From NCBI GenBank assembly GCA_041651055.1, contig JBAZJW010000001.1:20737-84736 (forward strand): 64,000 bases of DNA, read 5' to 3'. This DNA is from Minisyncoccota bacterium. GTDB lineage: Bacteria > Patescibacteriota > Minisyncoccia > Phycocordibacterales > UBA5272. Positions 38,915 through 48,321 of the stretch are shown here, piece after piece (the first letter of the stretch is position 1; every line of letters starts with the position of its first letter). Under the pieces are notes generated by a model that was not told the origin of the DNA, ran no database searches, and was given only the letters and a program-made list of their open reading frames with translations. Made by a program: the position numbers and the translations under genes.

Positions 38915-39508
38915 CTAAAATGGAATGTCGTCTAGGTTTACATTTCCAAAGGATTGGTCTACTAGTTCTGTTTTTAAGGTTTTTCCAATTTCTTTATATC
39001 TTTTTCTTGCTTCATCAGGAGTTAATTCTTTTGCTGGCGCTATGTTGGTTTTCTTACATTGGAATATTTTTATATTAGTATTCTTAATATTAGTATTCTT
39101 ACTGTGACTTTCTGTCACTTGGTATTTGTTGTTTTTGTCACTTGGTGATGCTTTTTTTGTCACACGGCCAGGTGACTTTTTGTCACCTGGTTGATACCAA
39201 GAATCTCTATTTGTAAGAACGTAACCATAATTAGCCCAATGGCCACCCCGTCTTCTTTTTTCCATAATGACTAGATTGTATTTTTCTAAAAGATGTATAT
39301 TTCTAATTATTGTTCGTTTTGATATATTAAGTTCTTGAGCAAGGAGGTCATGTGTTGGCCATGCGTAACTTTCAAGATTAGAGTGCCTTTTTAAGCAAAT
39401 GTAAATTGCTAATGCCACATGACCAATTTTAGGTGAATATTCGTCAATTAAAATATTATCAACTGAAAACCACTGACCACTTTTAGTATTGTTGTTCAAC
39501 TCTTCCAT
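38915..39508 (-). CDS. Winged-HTH DNA-binding protein (putative replication initiator or regulator of the element)
   Basis: ELNISKRTIIRNIHLLEKYNLV HTH; basic C-terminus. Confidence 0.5.
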   Translation of the reverse strand: MEELNNNTKSGQWFSVDNILIDEYSPKIGHVALAIYICLKRHSNLESYAWPTHDLLAQELNISKRTIIRNIHLLEKYNLVIMEKRRRGGHWANYGYVLTNRDSWYQPGDKKSPGRVTKKASPSDKNNKYQVTESHSKNTNIKNTNIKIFQCKKTNIAPAKELTPDEARKRYKEIGKTLKTELVDQSFGNVNLDDIPF

Positions 39509-39512
39509 GGTT

Positions 39513-39704
39513 TCATTTTGAGAAATTAGAACCCAATTCCGACACCCTAGGAGTTGAAACTAAGATGTCGGAATTGACCTCCGATTTTTCTTTTTTATGA
39601 TCCTCATAATCAAAACGAGCAAGTAAATCAAAAAAGGACGACAAGTTATCTATGTCTTCATTAGTTAGGTTCAACTCTTTTTGTAATATCAACTCTTTAC
39701 TCAT
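39513..39704 (-). CDS. Hypothetical small acidic protein
   Basis: 63-aa ORF 5 nt upstream of the next gene (operon). Confidence 0.4.
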   Translation of the reverse strand: MSKELILQKELNLTNEDIDNLSSFFDLLARFDYEDHKKEKSEVNSDILVSTPRVSELGSNFSK

Positions 39705-39811
39705 TACATAAGTAAAACAAATAAAAAATCTTCGGTAACTTATGCTTCTCTTATGATAAAAAGAAAATAAAACCCTGATTTATAAGGATTTATTTTGCTT
39801 GATCAAGAGTA

Positions 39812-40557
39812 TTATTTTAATACTTTTACTGTAAATGATTTATTTAAGAAATACCCAACTTTATTGTTAGAATCTATAACATTTTCTTTTATTCCTAGCC
39901 GTCTTTTTGCAATAATATTAAATTGAGAAATACCAACAGACAGATTCCCTTCTTTTTGGTCTAATTTAGACATGAGTTCCTCTCCGCTTAGTGGTCCATG
40001 AGTATGGAGAAGTTCAAGATATTGTTCTCTTTTTCCTTTAACAGGGTAAACCTTTTTGTTTAATTCATTTTTTAAACCTATATTCGAGAGAGTAAGGATA
40101 ACTTTTTTATTATTTTTAACTGGCCGTAACTTATTTTTTAATTCTAGGTTAACCACTCTTAAGAAAGATACTTTTTCTTTCACAGATGAAATAATGTTTT
40201 GTAACATCCTTATTCCAGATTCATCTGCATATATTAAACCATCTTCATCTTTAAAGAAAGTGACTATCGGGACAGTGTTATTCAATCTTTGTTCTAATGA
40301 GTTAAGAGTATGAACACGTACCATATCTGGTTCTGAAAGAAAATCATCAGCACTCTTTTCATTTACCTTTTTAAGTACTTTATATGTATCTAAAACCCAG
40401 TTACCATAGAAACGTTCAGCAATCTCAAAGTTTTTCGTAGTTGGATTGTTGATTGCGTTTTGGGTTATGTTTATTACTAATTTAGAATCAGATATATAAC
40501 TGTTTATTACATCTATACTTGAAGATTTTATTTTATTTTTTGAGGTCAACTCTCTCA
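39812..40557 (-). CDS. Hypothetical protein with C-terminal OmpR-type winged-helix DNA-binding domain
   Basis: Start MRELTSKNK; C-terminal ...LSGEELMSKL...VGISQFNIIAKRRLG resembles trans_reg_C. Confidence 0.5.
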
Positions 40558-40593
40558 TTACCACATTGTAACAAAAATATTGTATAATTAACT

Positions 40594-40745
40594 TGCTGAC
40601 AAACCAATATCGTTGCCCGAACAAGACCACAGGTCTTTGTTGTTGATTGTGTGCTGAATAAGCACCATATGTTTGAGGAAACATAATCAACAACCTTCGG
40701 GTTATTGGTTTGTCAGCACCTCTTACTGTGGTGCTTATTTTGTTT
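40594..40745 (+). promoter_or_regulatory. Structured ~150-nt leader for 40753-41052: TGtTATAAT promoter at 40581-40589, nested stems (16-bp TGCTGACAAACCAATA/TATTGGTTTGTCAGCA outer stem), an alternative 11-bp pairing, and a terminator-like hairpin AGCACC-9-GGTGCT plus U-run (40715-40745)
   Basis: Mutually exclusive pairings of attenuator/riboswitch type directly upstream of the start codon. Confidence 0.45.
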
Positions 40746-40752
40746 TATAAAA

Positions 40753-41052
40753 ATGAAAAAACTAATCTTTAAATGCTCAAATGTTTACTGCTCTTTTGAA
40801 GAAATCCTAAAATCAGATACAACAGCAGTAAAAGTTGGAGACGTATGTTTTATATGTAATGAAGGGAAGATTTTTTCTGGAGAATTGTACAAGAAAATAG
40901 ACCCTTTGAAATATCCAACACTATCAAAGTATCCGCCAGAGGTAGTTTGGGCGACAGTATCTAACTTAATAGAGAGATACCCTGATATGACAGATAATCA
41001 GTGTCTAACTAATTTAGAAATGGACTTTGCCCAGAAAGAACAAATGGCCTAA
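40753..41052 (+). CDS. Small Cys-rich protein (putative zinc ribbon)
   Basis: Start MKKLIFKCSNVYCS...CFIC; 4 Cys in CxxxxC...CxxC spacing. Confidence 0.45.
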   Translation: MKKLIFKCSNVYCSFEEILKSDTTAVKVGDVCFICNEGKIFSGELYKKIDPLKYPTLSKYPPEVVWATVSNLIERYPDMTDNQCLTNLEMDFAQKEQMA

Positions 41053-41190
41053 TATGAACAAGTTTTTTAACTATATTATAAATAAATGGGAACGTATATA
41101 TTCGTTTTTTGACCATTGGTGGTGGAAAAATGGAGAAGATGTAGTGCTGTTTGCTTTTGTTGTATTTGTTATATATATACTAGGAAAATA

Positions 41191-41595
41191 ATGACTGAAA
41201 TTAACCCCCACAAAATCCTCATAGGAATAAGAGCAGAACAAATTAAAAATGGAGATCCTGACTTTATTGTTAATTTACTCACTGATTTTGAAAAAGATGA
41301 TACTGAAAAGATTAAATCCTTACGCGGTAGTGTTTCTCTTATGTTCCCCAAGGTTAGTGAGTACCCCTTTGCCTTTCTGATGTGGTCTATGGGTTTGTAT
41401 ACTAAATATCCTAATTTTGCCTATTTCCTTGATAAGGAAAGTGGAGATTTTATCGTAGAAAGTATGTTGTACGATATGAAATCACCACCAGCAGATAAAG
41501 GTAAGTTATTAAACAATCTTTACAGCAAGGCAGTTGATTTCGGAATTAAATATGGTTACTCAAAAGAAGAGATGGCTACTTACTTTTCCCACTGA
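41191..41595 (+). CDS. Hypothetical protein
   Basis: Start MTEINPHK with AGGAAAATA RBS. Confidence 0.45.
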   Translation: MTEINPHKILIGIRAEQIKNGDPDFIVNLLTDFEKDDTEKIKSLRGSVSLMFPKVSEYPFAFLMWSMGLYTKYPNFAYFLDKESGDFIVESMLYDMKSPPADKGKLLNNLYSKAVDFGIKYGYSKEEMATYFSH

Positions 41596-41942
41596 AAACT
41601 CATTACGTTATTATCCTCCTCTTCAATACTATCTAATAGGTCGCCCATTCCAATAGAAGTATTTTTAACTCCAATCTCTTGTGCAGGTTTTCCAAAAGCA
41701 CGATTAAGAAGTAACTCAATAACCCGAGGATCTGGTTTTCCTCCATTACCAGTAAGTGCAACCTTAATTTGTGCGTCAATAAGTTTATCTGCCTTCTCAA
41801 GAATCTTTGCCTGTATTTGCTTGTAAACCTCTTCCTTAAGCAGTGTTTCTTTTCGTTTTCCGTGTTTACCTATTTTTGGAGACAAAAGCGCCCTCTTAAG
41901 GGCTTTCTTCTGCACTTCTGGTTTTGTTGCAAAGGTATTCAT
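41580..41942 (-). CDS. Hypothetical small basic protein, co-oriented downstream of the HerA-like ATPase
   Basis: 120-aa ORF 55 nt after the ATPase stop. Confidence 0.45.
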   Translation of the reverse strand: MNTFATKPEVQKKALKRALLSPKIGKHGKRKETLLKEEVYKQIQAKILEKADKLIDAQIKVALTGNGGKPDPRVIELLLNRAFGKPAQEIGVKNTSIGMGDLLDSIEEEDNNVMSFQWEK

Positions 41943-41996
41943 TACTGTTTAAGTATACAACAAGTAAAATGAAACCTATTAAAACGTATTGAAACC

Positions 41997-44189
41997 TTAA
42001 AAAGAAGAACCTTTTTCAACCTCTACAACTGCTGTGGTAATAGGAACAACTTTAACATTAAGAGCAACACTCGCATCATACTTTGTCTTATCAAACTCTC
42101 TCTTTGCAAGAAGAGGTCTTTCGCTCTTCACTGCCTTACCGTGCGCAACAAACTCTAAAAACTTAAGATTAGGAATTGCTTTAATGTGTTCGGAACTGTA
42201 TACACTACCTAAATACTCTAAACTAGTTTTATCTACCAAACTATGTGTGAAGTAAGTGTTACATTGAGACAAAACTGTCTTGCTAACTAGTGCTGTACGC
42301 TGAGACACAATGAGTAATCCAACGCCATATTTACGACCCTGTAAAGCAATCTGCCCGATTCTTCCAACGACCCACTGTGTTTCAGAGTCAAAACCAGAAC
42401 TGTATACTTCGGGAATTATTGTGTGTGCCTCTTCCAGAACAATCATTATCTGTTTTGCTTTGCGATTATTCCGTGCCCAGTTCATTATCGCTGATAGATA
42501 GAGTTCTGTTGTCCTTAATGTTGCTTTGGTGTTAGTTATTTCAGCAAGTTCAAATATACCAAGTAGGTCGTCTTTACTAGTTAGAAAATCTTCAATCTGA
42601 TTAGTTACTTGTGGTTTTATTCCATCTATAAATGTTTTCAATTCTCTCTTCTCATTTGGTGCACCGTAAGTGCCTATTTCTACTGCAAATAGATGTGTTT
42701 CTAAATCTGAACCTTGAGTAATAGATAAACCGATGGACACTGGATCTAGGTCTGCGAGACGCTTCTTATATTCCCCAGTGAAATCAACGCAAAATACTTT
42801 TCTGCCACGAGCAACTGCTTCGCGAATAATGTCTAGCACAAGTTCTGTTTTTCCTGTTCCTGTTACACCCAATACTGCTGTATGGTACTCAATTAAATCA
42901 TCTAACACGACAGGAATACCAAAGGAAGTAGAGGGGACTTTACCTATCATAAACTCATTCTCCTTGAGGTTTTGTGTATGAACTTCCGTTTCTGATGTGA
43001 GGAATAGAGGTTGATTCATTTCTGGAAGCCAAGAATACTTTTCAAAACCTCTATTTGGATCATAGCAACCCAATTGAGCAGCAGAAACTATATGCACTCC
43101 ATAAGGATTTTGATGAAAACTTTCTTCGTTAGTACTTGCATCTAGTATTTGATAATAAACCTTCTTTCCACGAATACAAGCAAACACGACAACTCCTTCC
43201 TCCAACTTAATACCACTTACGGATTGAAACTTTATATTAGAGATTGAAGACCCTTCAACTGTTATTCCCACAACTTTACTGTTTCTTTCCTCTCCACTGA
43301 GTATGACGCCTAATGTTTCTGCAAGACCTTCTTCGTTAATACTGTAAACTTCTCCTGTTTTAGTAGATTCATATTTCTTTCCGTCAGTTATTTCACAACA
43401 TAAACCTGTTCCTATCACTTGTTCATTTTGTATTTGTGAAAATAAAGGCAAAACGTAAGTTATCTTCCCACCAGAAAGATGCGCAATATGAACATATTCA
43501 GAAGTCCAATTATCTATATTTTCTTCAAGAGTAATTCTAACCAAGTTCGGAGCGTCAATTCGTAAAACAGAGCCAGTTAATTCTAGTACAGATTTTGTTG
43601 TCTTTGTTCCGTTAAGATAAAGGATTACTTGAATAATATGTTCCACTGGACGTGCCACAACCATAAAAGTCCAAAACCCAAGAATTGTAACCATCCATTC
43701 TGGTTCACTTTGGTAAAATCCAAGAGCACTTATAAGGACTGCAGGTGTAAAAAGTATCTCTCCTTTGCCAAAAACACCGCTCAGGCGATAAGTTACTTTC
43801 CCAAGTTGGGTATTTTGTTGAAAAGCAGATACCAGAGCACATGTAGCAACAAAAATTGCTATTACTATTGTAATGGTATTAGCAGTTTGGAGGCCGAAAC
43901 TAAAATCGGACACATTAGTAAAATCTAAAGGGGCGAGAAGAAGTACCAAAGAAATAGCAGTTGTCAAAGAGTCACGTGGAGGTAAAAAGAATGGTGCTGA
44001 AACTAAATGAAGTAACCAGTAGGCCATAGCCGCCAAAAGCCAAACACTCGCACCAGATCCAGTTGGAAAGAAACTTCCTGTTGCAAAATAATAAATTACC
44101 CACGCTATTAAAACATTTATTGCTAAAACTGTGATTCTCCATGTTTGGCTCAAAGGTTCTATGGATTTTATTTCTTGTTCTTTTGCCAT
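41997..44189 (-). CDS. Membrane-anchored HerA/FtsK-like (DUF87-type) P-loop ATPase
   Basis: About 200-aa N-terminal polytopic domain, then Walker A GVTGTGKTEL and Walker B IVLEEAH. Confidence 0.7.
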   Translation of the reverse strand: MAKEQEIKSIEPLSQTWRITVLAINVLIAWVIYYFATGSFFPTGSGASVWLLAAMAYWLLHLVSAPFFLPPRDSLTTAISLVLLLAPLDFTNVSDFSFGLQTANTITIVIAIFVATCALVSAFQQNTQLGKVTYRLSGVFGKGEILFTPAVLISALGFYQSEPEWMVTILGFWTFMVVARPVEHIIQVILYLNGTKTTKSVLELTGSVLRIDAPNLVRITLEENIDNWTSEYVHIAHLSGGKITYVLPLFSQIQNEQVIGTGLCCEITDGKKYESTKTGEVYSINEEGLAETLGVILSGEERNSKVVGITVEGSSISNIKFQSVSGIKLEEGVVVFACIRGKKVYYQILDASTNEESFHQNPYGVHIVSAAQLGCYDPNRGFEKYSWLPEMNQPLFLTSETEVHTQNLKENEFMIGKVPSTSFGIPVVLDDLIEYHTAVLGVTGTGKTELVLDIIREAVARGRKVFCVDFTGEYKKRLADLDPVSIGLSITQGSDLETHLFAVEIGTYGAPNEKRELKTFIDGIKPQVTNQIEDFLTSKDDLLGIFELAEITNTKATLRTTELYLSAIMNWARNNRKAKQIMIVLEEAHTIIPEVYSSGFDSETQWVVGRIGQIALQGRKYGVGLLIVSQRTALVSKTVLSQCNTYFTHSLVDKTSLEYLGSVYSSEHIKAIPNLKFLEFVAHGKAVKSERPLLAKREFDKTKYDASVALNVKVVPITTAVVEVEKGSSF

Positions 44190-44641
44190 GTTAAATACCC
44201 CAATAATAGCATAATAACCAACCTTTTAATTGTCTGTTTTTTTATTAAAAACAGCATCAAATAAAATATCAAAAGCCCTGTCCATTCTCCTTTGGAGTTC
44301 TTCCGGTGATAGCGATACCTTCTTGTACCTTATTTTTAGTTTTTTACTTTTTTGTTTTGTCATAAAATACCCCAACTTTTGGGTTTGAGTTCTCTAACAG
44401 GAAAATGTGTGTACTTTGGCCTCTCGCTCGTCCTAGACGATTTTGTGGCCAAATGAATCGTTGGATATTTAGTGTCTGACTATAAAAGAAAGACACTTAC
44501 TGCAACATTAAGTATATACCAAATAAAATCTGCTTAAAGTTAGAAGTTATTAAATCCTCTAATGTGAGATAAAGTGTTATAATTAAAATTATATTAAGCG
44601 TGAAAAGTTGAGATATCTTTCTTACATTATAAATAAAAAGT

Positions 44642-47032
44642 ATGGCTGTTAAAAAATCGCAATTGTATAGTTCTCTTTGGAAGAGTTGTGACGAACTCCG
44701 TGGTGGTATGGATGCCTCACAGTATAAGGATTATGTTCTTGTTCTCCTCTTCATAAAATACATCTCTGACAGATATGTAGGTGTTCCTTTCCCTCCTATT
44801 GTTGTGCCTAAAGGTGCAAGTTTCAAGGATATGGTTGCTCTTAAGGGCTCAACAACCATTGGAGATGACATCAACAAAAACATCATACAAAAAATAGAAG
44901 AAGCAAACCCTACACTGGGTAAAATTGCTGTTGATTTCAATGATCCTGTAAAACTTGGTAGTGGAAAAGATATGGTTGATAGATTAACCAAACTTATTGC
45001 TATTTTTGAAAACCAAAATCTTGATTTTAGTACAAACCGTGCCGAGGGGGACGATATTCTCGGAGATGCTTATGAATACCTTATGCGACACTTTGCATCA
45101 GAGAGTGGTAAGAGTAAAGGTCAGTTCTATACTCCTGCTGAGGTTAGTAAGATAATCGCAAAAGTAATAGGTATTTCAAATACTAAAGTACTTACTCCGA
45201 CTGTATACGATCCTGCGTGTGGATCTGGTTCTCTTCTTCTAAAAATTAGAGATGAGACAGATAAAAATGTTACCTTACGTGGCCAGGAAATGGATAATGC
45301 AACTGCCGCACTTGCTCGTATGAATATGATACTCCATAACAACCCGACATCTATCATTGAAAGAGAGAACACTCTTTCAACACCACTCTTCAAAGAAAAT
45401 AACCAACTGATGACATTTGATTTTGTTGTTGCTAACCCGCCGTTCTCTACAAAATCGTGGACTAATGGCGTTAAGGTTGGAGATGATGATACTTATGGAA
45501 GATTCACTGGATTTGGCACACCTCCGGAGAAGAATGGCGACTATGCTTTTCTTCTTCACATAGTTCGCTCACTTAAAGAGAAAGGTAAAGGTGCTGTTAT
45601 TCTCCCTCACGGTGTACTTTTTCGTGGTGGTAGTGAGGCGTCTATTCGTACTAACTTAATTCGTCGTGGATATATTAAGGGAGTTATCGGGCTACCTGTA
45701 AACCTCTTTTACGGTACAGGTATTCCTGCGTGTATTATTGTGATAGATAAAGAAAACGCAGACACTCGTAAAGGTGTCTTTATGGTTGACGCAAGTAAAG
45801 GATTTATAAAAGACGGCAACAAAAACCGACTCCGTAACCAAGACCTTCATAAAGTAGTAGATATATTCAATAAGCAACTAGAGATAGAAAAGTATTCTCG
45901 TATGGTAAGTATGGTGGAGATTGAAAAGAATGAATACAACCTCAATATCCCTCGCTATATAGATAGTCAGGAGGCAGAGGATATGCAGGATATAGAGGCA
46001 CATCTACAAGGTGGTATACCAACTAAAGATATAGAAGACCTAGGTAATTACTGGGGTGTTTACCCAACCCTCAAATCCTCCCTATTCACCGACAGTAAAA
46101 GAAAAGGATATAGCAACCTAAAAATTAAACAAGAGGAAATTAAGAATACTATTTTTTTACACCCAGAGTTCACTTCTTATTCCAAAACAATGGAAGCAAC
46201 TTTTTCTACTTGGAAAATAAAGAATAGTTCTATCTTAAAAAAGATAACTAAAGGAGTGAAACCAAAGGAAATAATTCCGACAATATCAGAAGATCTACTC
46301 TCTGCTTTTAGTAATACCAATCTTATAGATAAGTATGATATTTATGAACACCTTATGGTTTATTGGTCAGAGACAATGCAAGACGATATGTATCTTATTG
46401 CAGACGATGGATGGAAAGTAACTCTCCAAATAATAGATGCAAAGAAAGGCACAACAGAGTGCGACCTTGTTCCAAAGCATCTTATTATTAACCGTTACTT
46501 TGCAAAAGAAAAGCAAACTCTTGATGATTTACAAACTAAACTAGACACATCAACACGAGAAATAGAAGAAGTAGTTGAAGAGTACAGTGATGACAGTGAA
46601 AAAGGGTATTTTACTGATTTTGAAAAAGTAAGTAAGACAACAGTAACTTCAAGAGTTAAGCAGATGAAGAACAGTGTTCAAGATAAAGAAGAACTTATGG
46701 TAATGGAAAAGTACCTTTCACTTGTTGAAGAAGAGTCAAGAGCAAAAAAAGAAATTAAAGATGTGGAGATTTCTCTTGAATTGCAAGTTGTCGCAAAGTA
46801 TAAAACTCTAACAGAGGAAGAAATCAAGGTTCTAGTAGTAGATGACAAATGGTTAGCAACGCTTGAACAAGCAATTCACAGTGAAATGGATCGTATTAGT
46901 CAGCGCCTTACAGGGCGTATTAAGGAACTCGCAGAGAGATATGCAACACCTCTCCCCCTTCTTGTTACAGACACGGAGGTACTTACCAGTAAGGTAGATG
47001 GACATCTTAAAACAATGGGATTTGTATGGTAG
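44642..47032 (+). CDS. hsdM: Type I restriction-modification N6-adenine DNA methyltransferase subunit (long form with coiled-coil C-terminal extension)
   Basis: DPACGSGSLL (motif I) and NPPF (motif IV); 796 aa. Confidence 0.9.
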   Translation: MAVKKSQLYSSLWKSCDELRGGMDASQYKDYVLVLLFIKYISDRYVGVPFPPIVVPKGASFKDMVALKGSTTIGDDINKNIIQKIEEANPTLGKIAVDFNDPVKLGSGKDMVDRLTKLIAIFENQNLDFSTNRAEGDDILGDAYEYLMRHFASESGKSKGQFYTPAEVSKIIAKVIGISNTKVLTPTVYDPACGSGSLLLKIRDETDKNVTLRGQEMDNATAALARMNMILHNNPTSIIERENTLSTPLFKENNQLMTFDFVVANPPFSTKSWTNGVKVGDDDTYGRFTGFGTPPEKNGDYAFLLHIVRSLKEKGKGAVILPHGVLFRGGSEASIRTNLIRRGYIKGVIGLPVNLFYGTGIPACIIVIDKENADTRKGVFMVDASKGFIKDGNKNRLRNQDLHKVVDIFNKQLEIEKYSRMVSMVEIEKNEYNLNIPRYIDSQEAEDMQDIEAHLQGGIPTKDIEDLGNYWGVYPTLKSSLFTDSKRKGYSNLKIKQEEIKNTIFLHPEFTSYSKTMEATFSTWKIKNSSILKKITKGVKPKEIIPTISEDLLSAFSNTNLIDKYDIYEHLMVYWSETMQDDMYLIADDGWKVTLQIIDAKKGTTECDLVPKHLIINRYFAKEKQTLDDLQTKLDTSTREIEEVVEEYSDDSEKGYFTDFEKVSKTTVTSRVKQMKNSVQDKEELMVMEKYLSLVEEESRAKKEIKDVEISLELQVVAKYKTLTEEEIKVLVVDDKWLATLEQAIHSEMDRISQRLTGRIKELAERYATPLPLLVTDTEVLTSKVDGHLKTMGFVW

Positions 47033-48321
47033 AAATAACTATTAAAAAAGGATATAAGCAAACTGAAATTGGGGTAATTCCGGAAGATTGGGATATTGTC
47101 TCATTTAAAAAAATTGCTGATAAGAATAAAAAATGGAGTATAACAGGGGGCCCTTTTGGTTCAAACTTAAAGAAATCAGATTACACCAATGACGGTGTTC
47201 AAATTATACAATTACAAAACATAGGAGATGGTAGATTTATTGACGATTACCAAATTTTTACTTCAAAAGATAAAGCCGATGAACTTTTGAGTTGCAACAT
47301 TTATCCAAATGAGATAATTCTTTCAAAGATGGGAGACCCTGTTGCTAGGGCTTGTTTTGTTCCTGAAAAAAACGAAAGATATCTTATGGCGTCAGACGGT
47401 ATCAGATTAGTTGTAAATGAAAATGAGTTTTCTAAAAAATTTATTCACGATTATATTAATTCTGCCTATTTTAGAAACAGAGCATTTGAGGTAAGTATGG
47501 GCTCAACTAGGTTGAGAATAGGGTTACCGAAATTAAAAGGACTTAGTGTGGTTAAGCCACCAAAAGAAGAACAGGATCTTATTGCCACAATCCTCTCCGA
47601 TACAGATGCGCTCATTAACCACTTGGACAAACTAATCACAAAAAAGAAAGCAATTAAACAAGGAACAATACAACAACTTCTTACTGGTAAAAAACGCCTC
47701 CCTGGATTTAGTGGTGAGTGGGAAGAAAATAAATTGGTGAAGATAGCAGATTTTTTTAAAGGTAGAGGTCTTTCTAAAAGCAAAATTGAAAATAACGGCC
47801 AATATTCTTGTATTTTGTATGGCGAGTTATTTACAACATACGCTCGGGTAATAGATGAAGTAAAAAGTAAAACAAACTTCACTGAGGGATTAACCTCAAC
47901 AGAAGGAGATATTCTTATGCCTGGATCAACGACTACTGTTGGGATTGATCTAGCCGTAGCGTCCGTTTTAAATAAAAATGATGTACTGATTGGTGGTGAT
48001 GTAATTGTAATTAGGAAGAAAAAGCAAGAGTTCTACAACCCTAATTTTCTTGCAAATTATTTAACTCACGTCTCAAAATATAAAATAGCCGGAATTACAC
48101 AGGGTATAACAATAATTCATTTGCACGGTAGTAGGTTGCAGGAAATAATGGTAAAGATACCAAAAGACGTGAGCGAACAAACTGCCATTGCTACAATTCT
48201 CTCTGATATGGACAAAGAAATTGAACTCATAGAACATAAACGAGATAAATATATAATGCTAAAAAATGGTATGATGCAACAATTACTAACAGGCGCTATT
48301 CGTATATATGGAAACAAATAA
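47026..48321 (+). CDS. hsdS: Type I restriction-modification specificity subunit
   Basis: Two target-recognition-domain halves with conserved spacer; overlaps hsdM and hsdR. Confidence 0.8.
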   Translation: MVEITIKKGYKQTEIGVIPEDWDIVSFKKIADKNKKWSITGGPFGSNLKKSDYTNDGVQIIQLQNIGDGRFIDDYQIFTSKDKADELLSCNIYPNEIILSKMGDPVARACFVPEKNERYLMASDGIRLVVNENEFSKKFIHDYINSAYFRNRAFEVSMGSTRLRIGLPKLKGLSVVKPPKEEQDLIATILSDTDALINHLDKLITKKKAIKQGTIQQLLTGKKRLPGFSGEWEENKLVKIADFFKGRGLSKSKIENNGQYSCILYGELFTTYARVIDEVKSKTNFTEGLTSTEGDILMPGSTTTVGIDLAVASVLNKNDVLIGGDVIVIRKKKQEFYNPNFLANYLTHVSKYKIAGITQGITIIHLHGSRLQEIMVKIPKDVSEQTAIATILSDMDKEIELIEHKRDKYIMLKNGMMQQLLTGAIRIYGNK

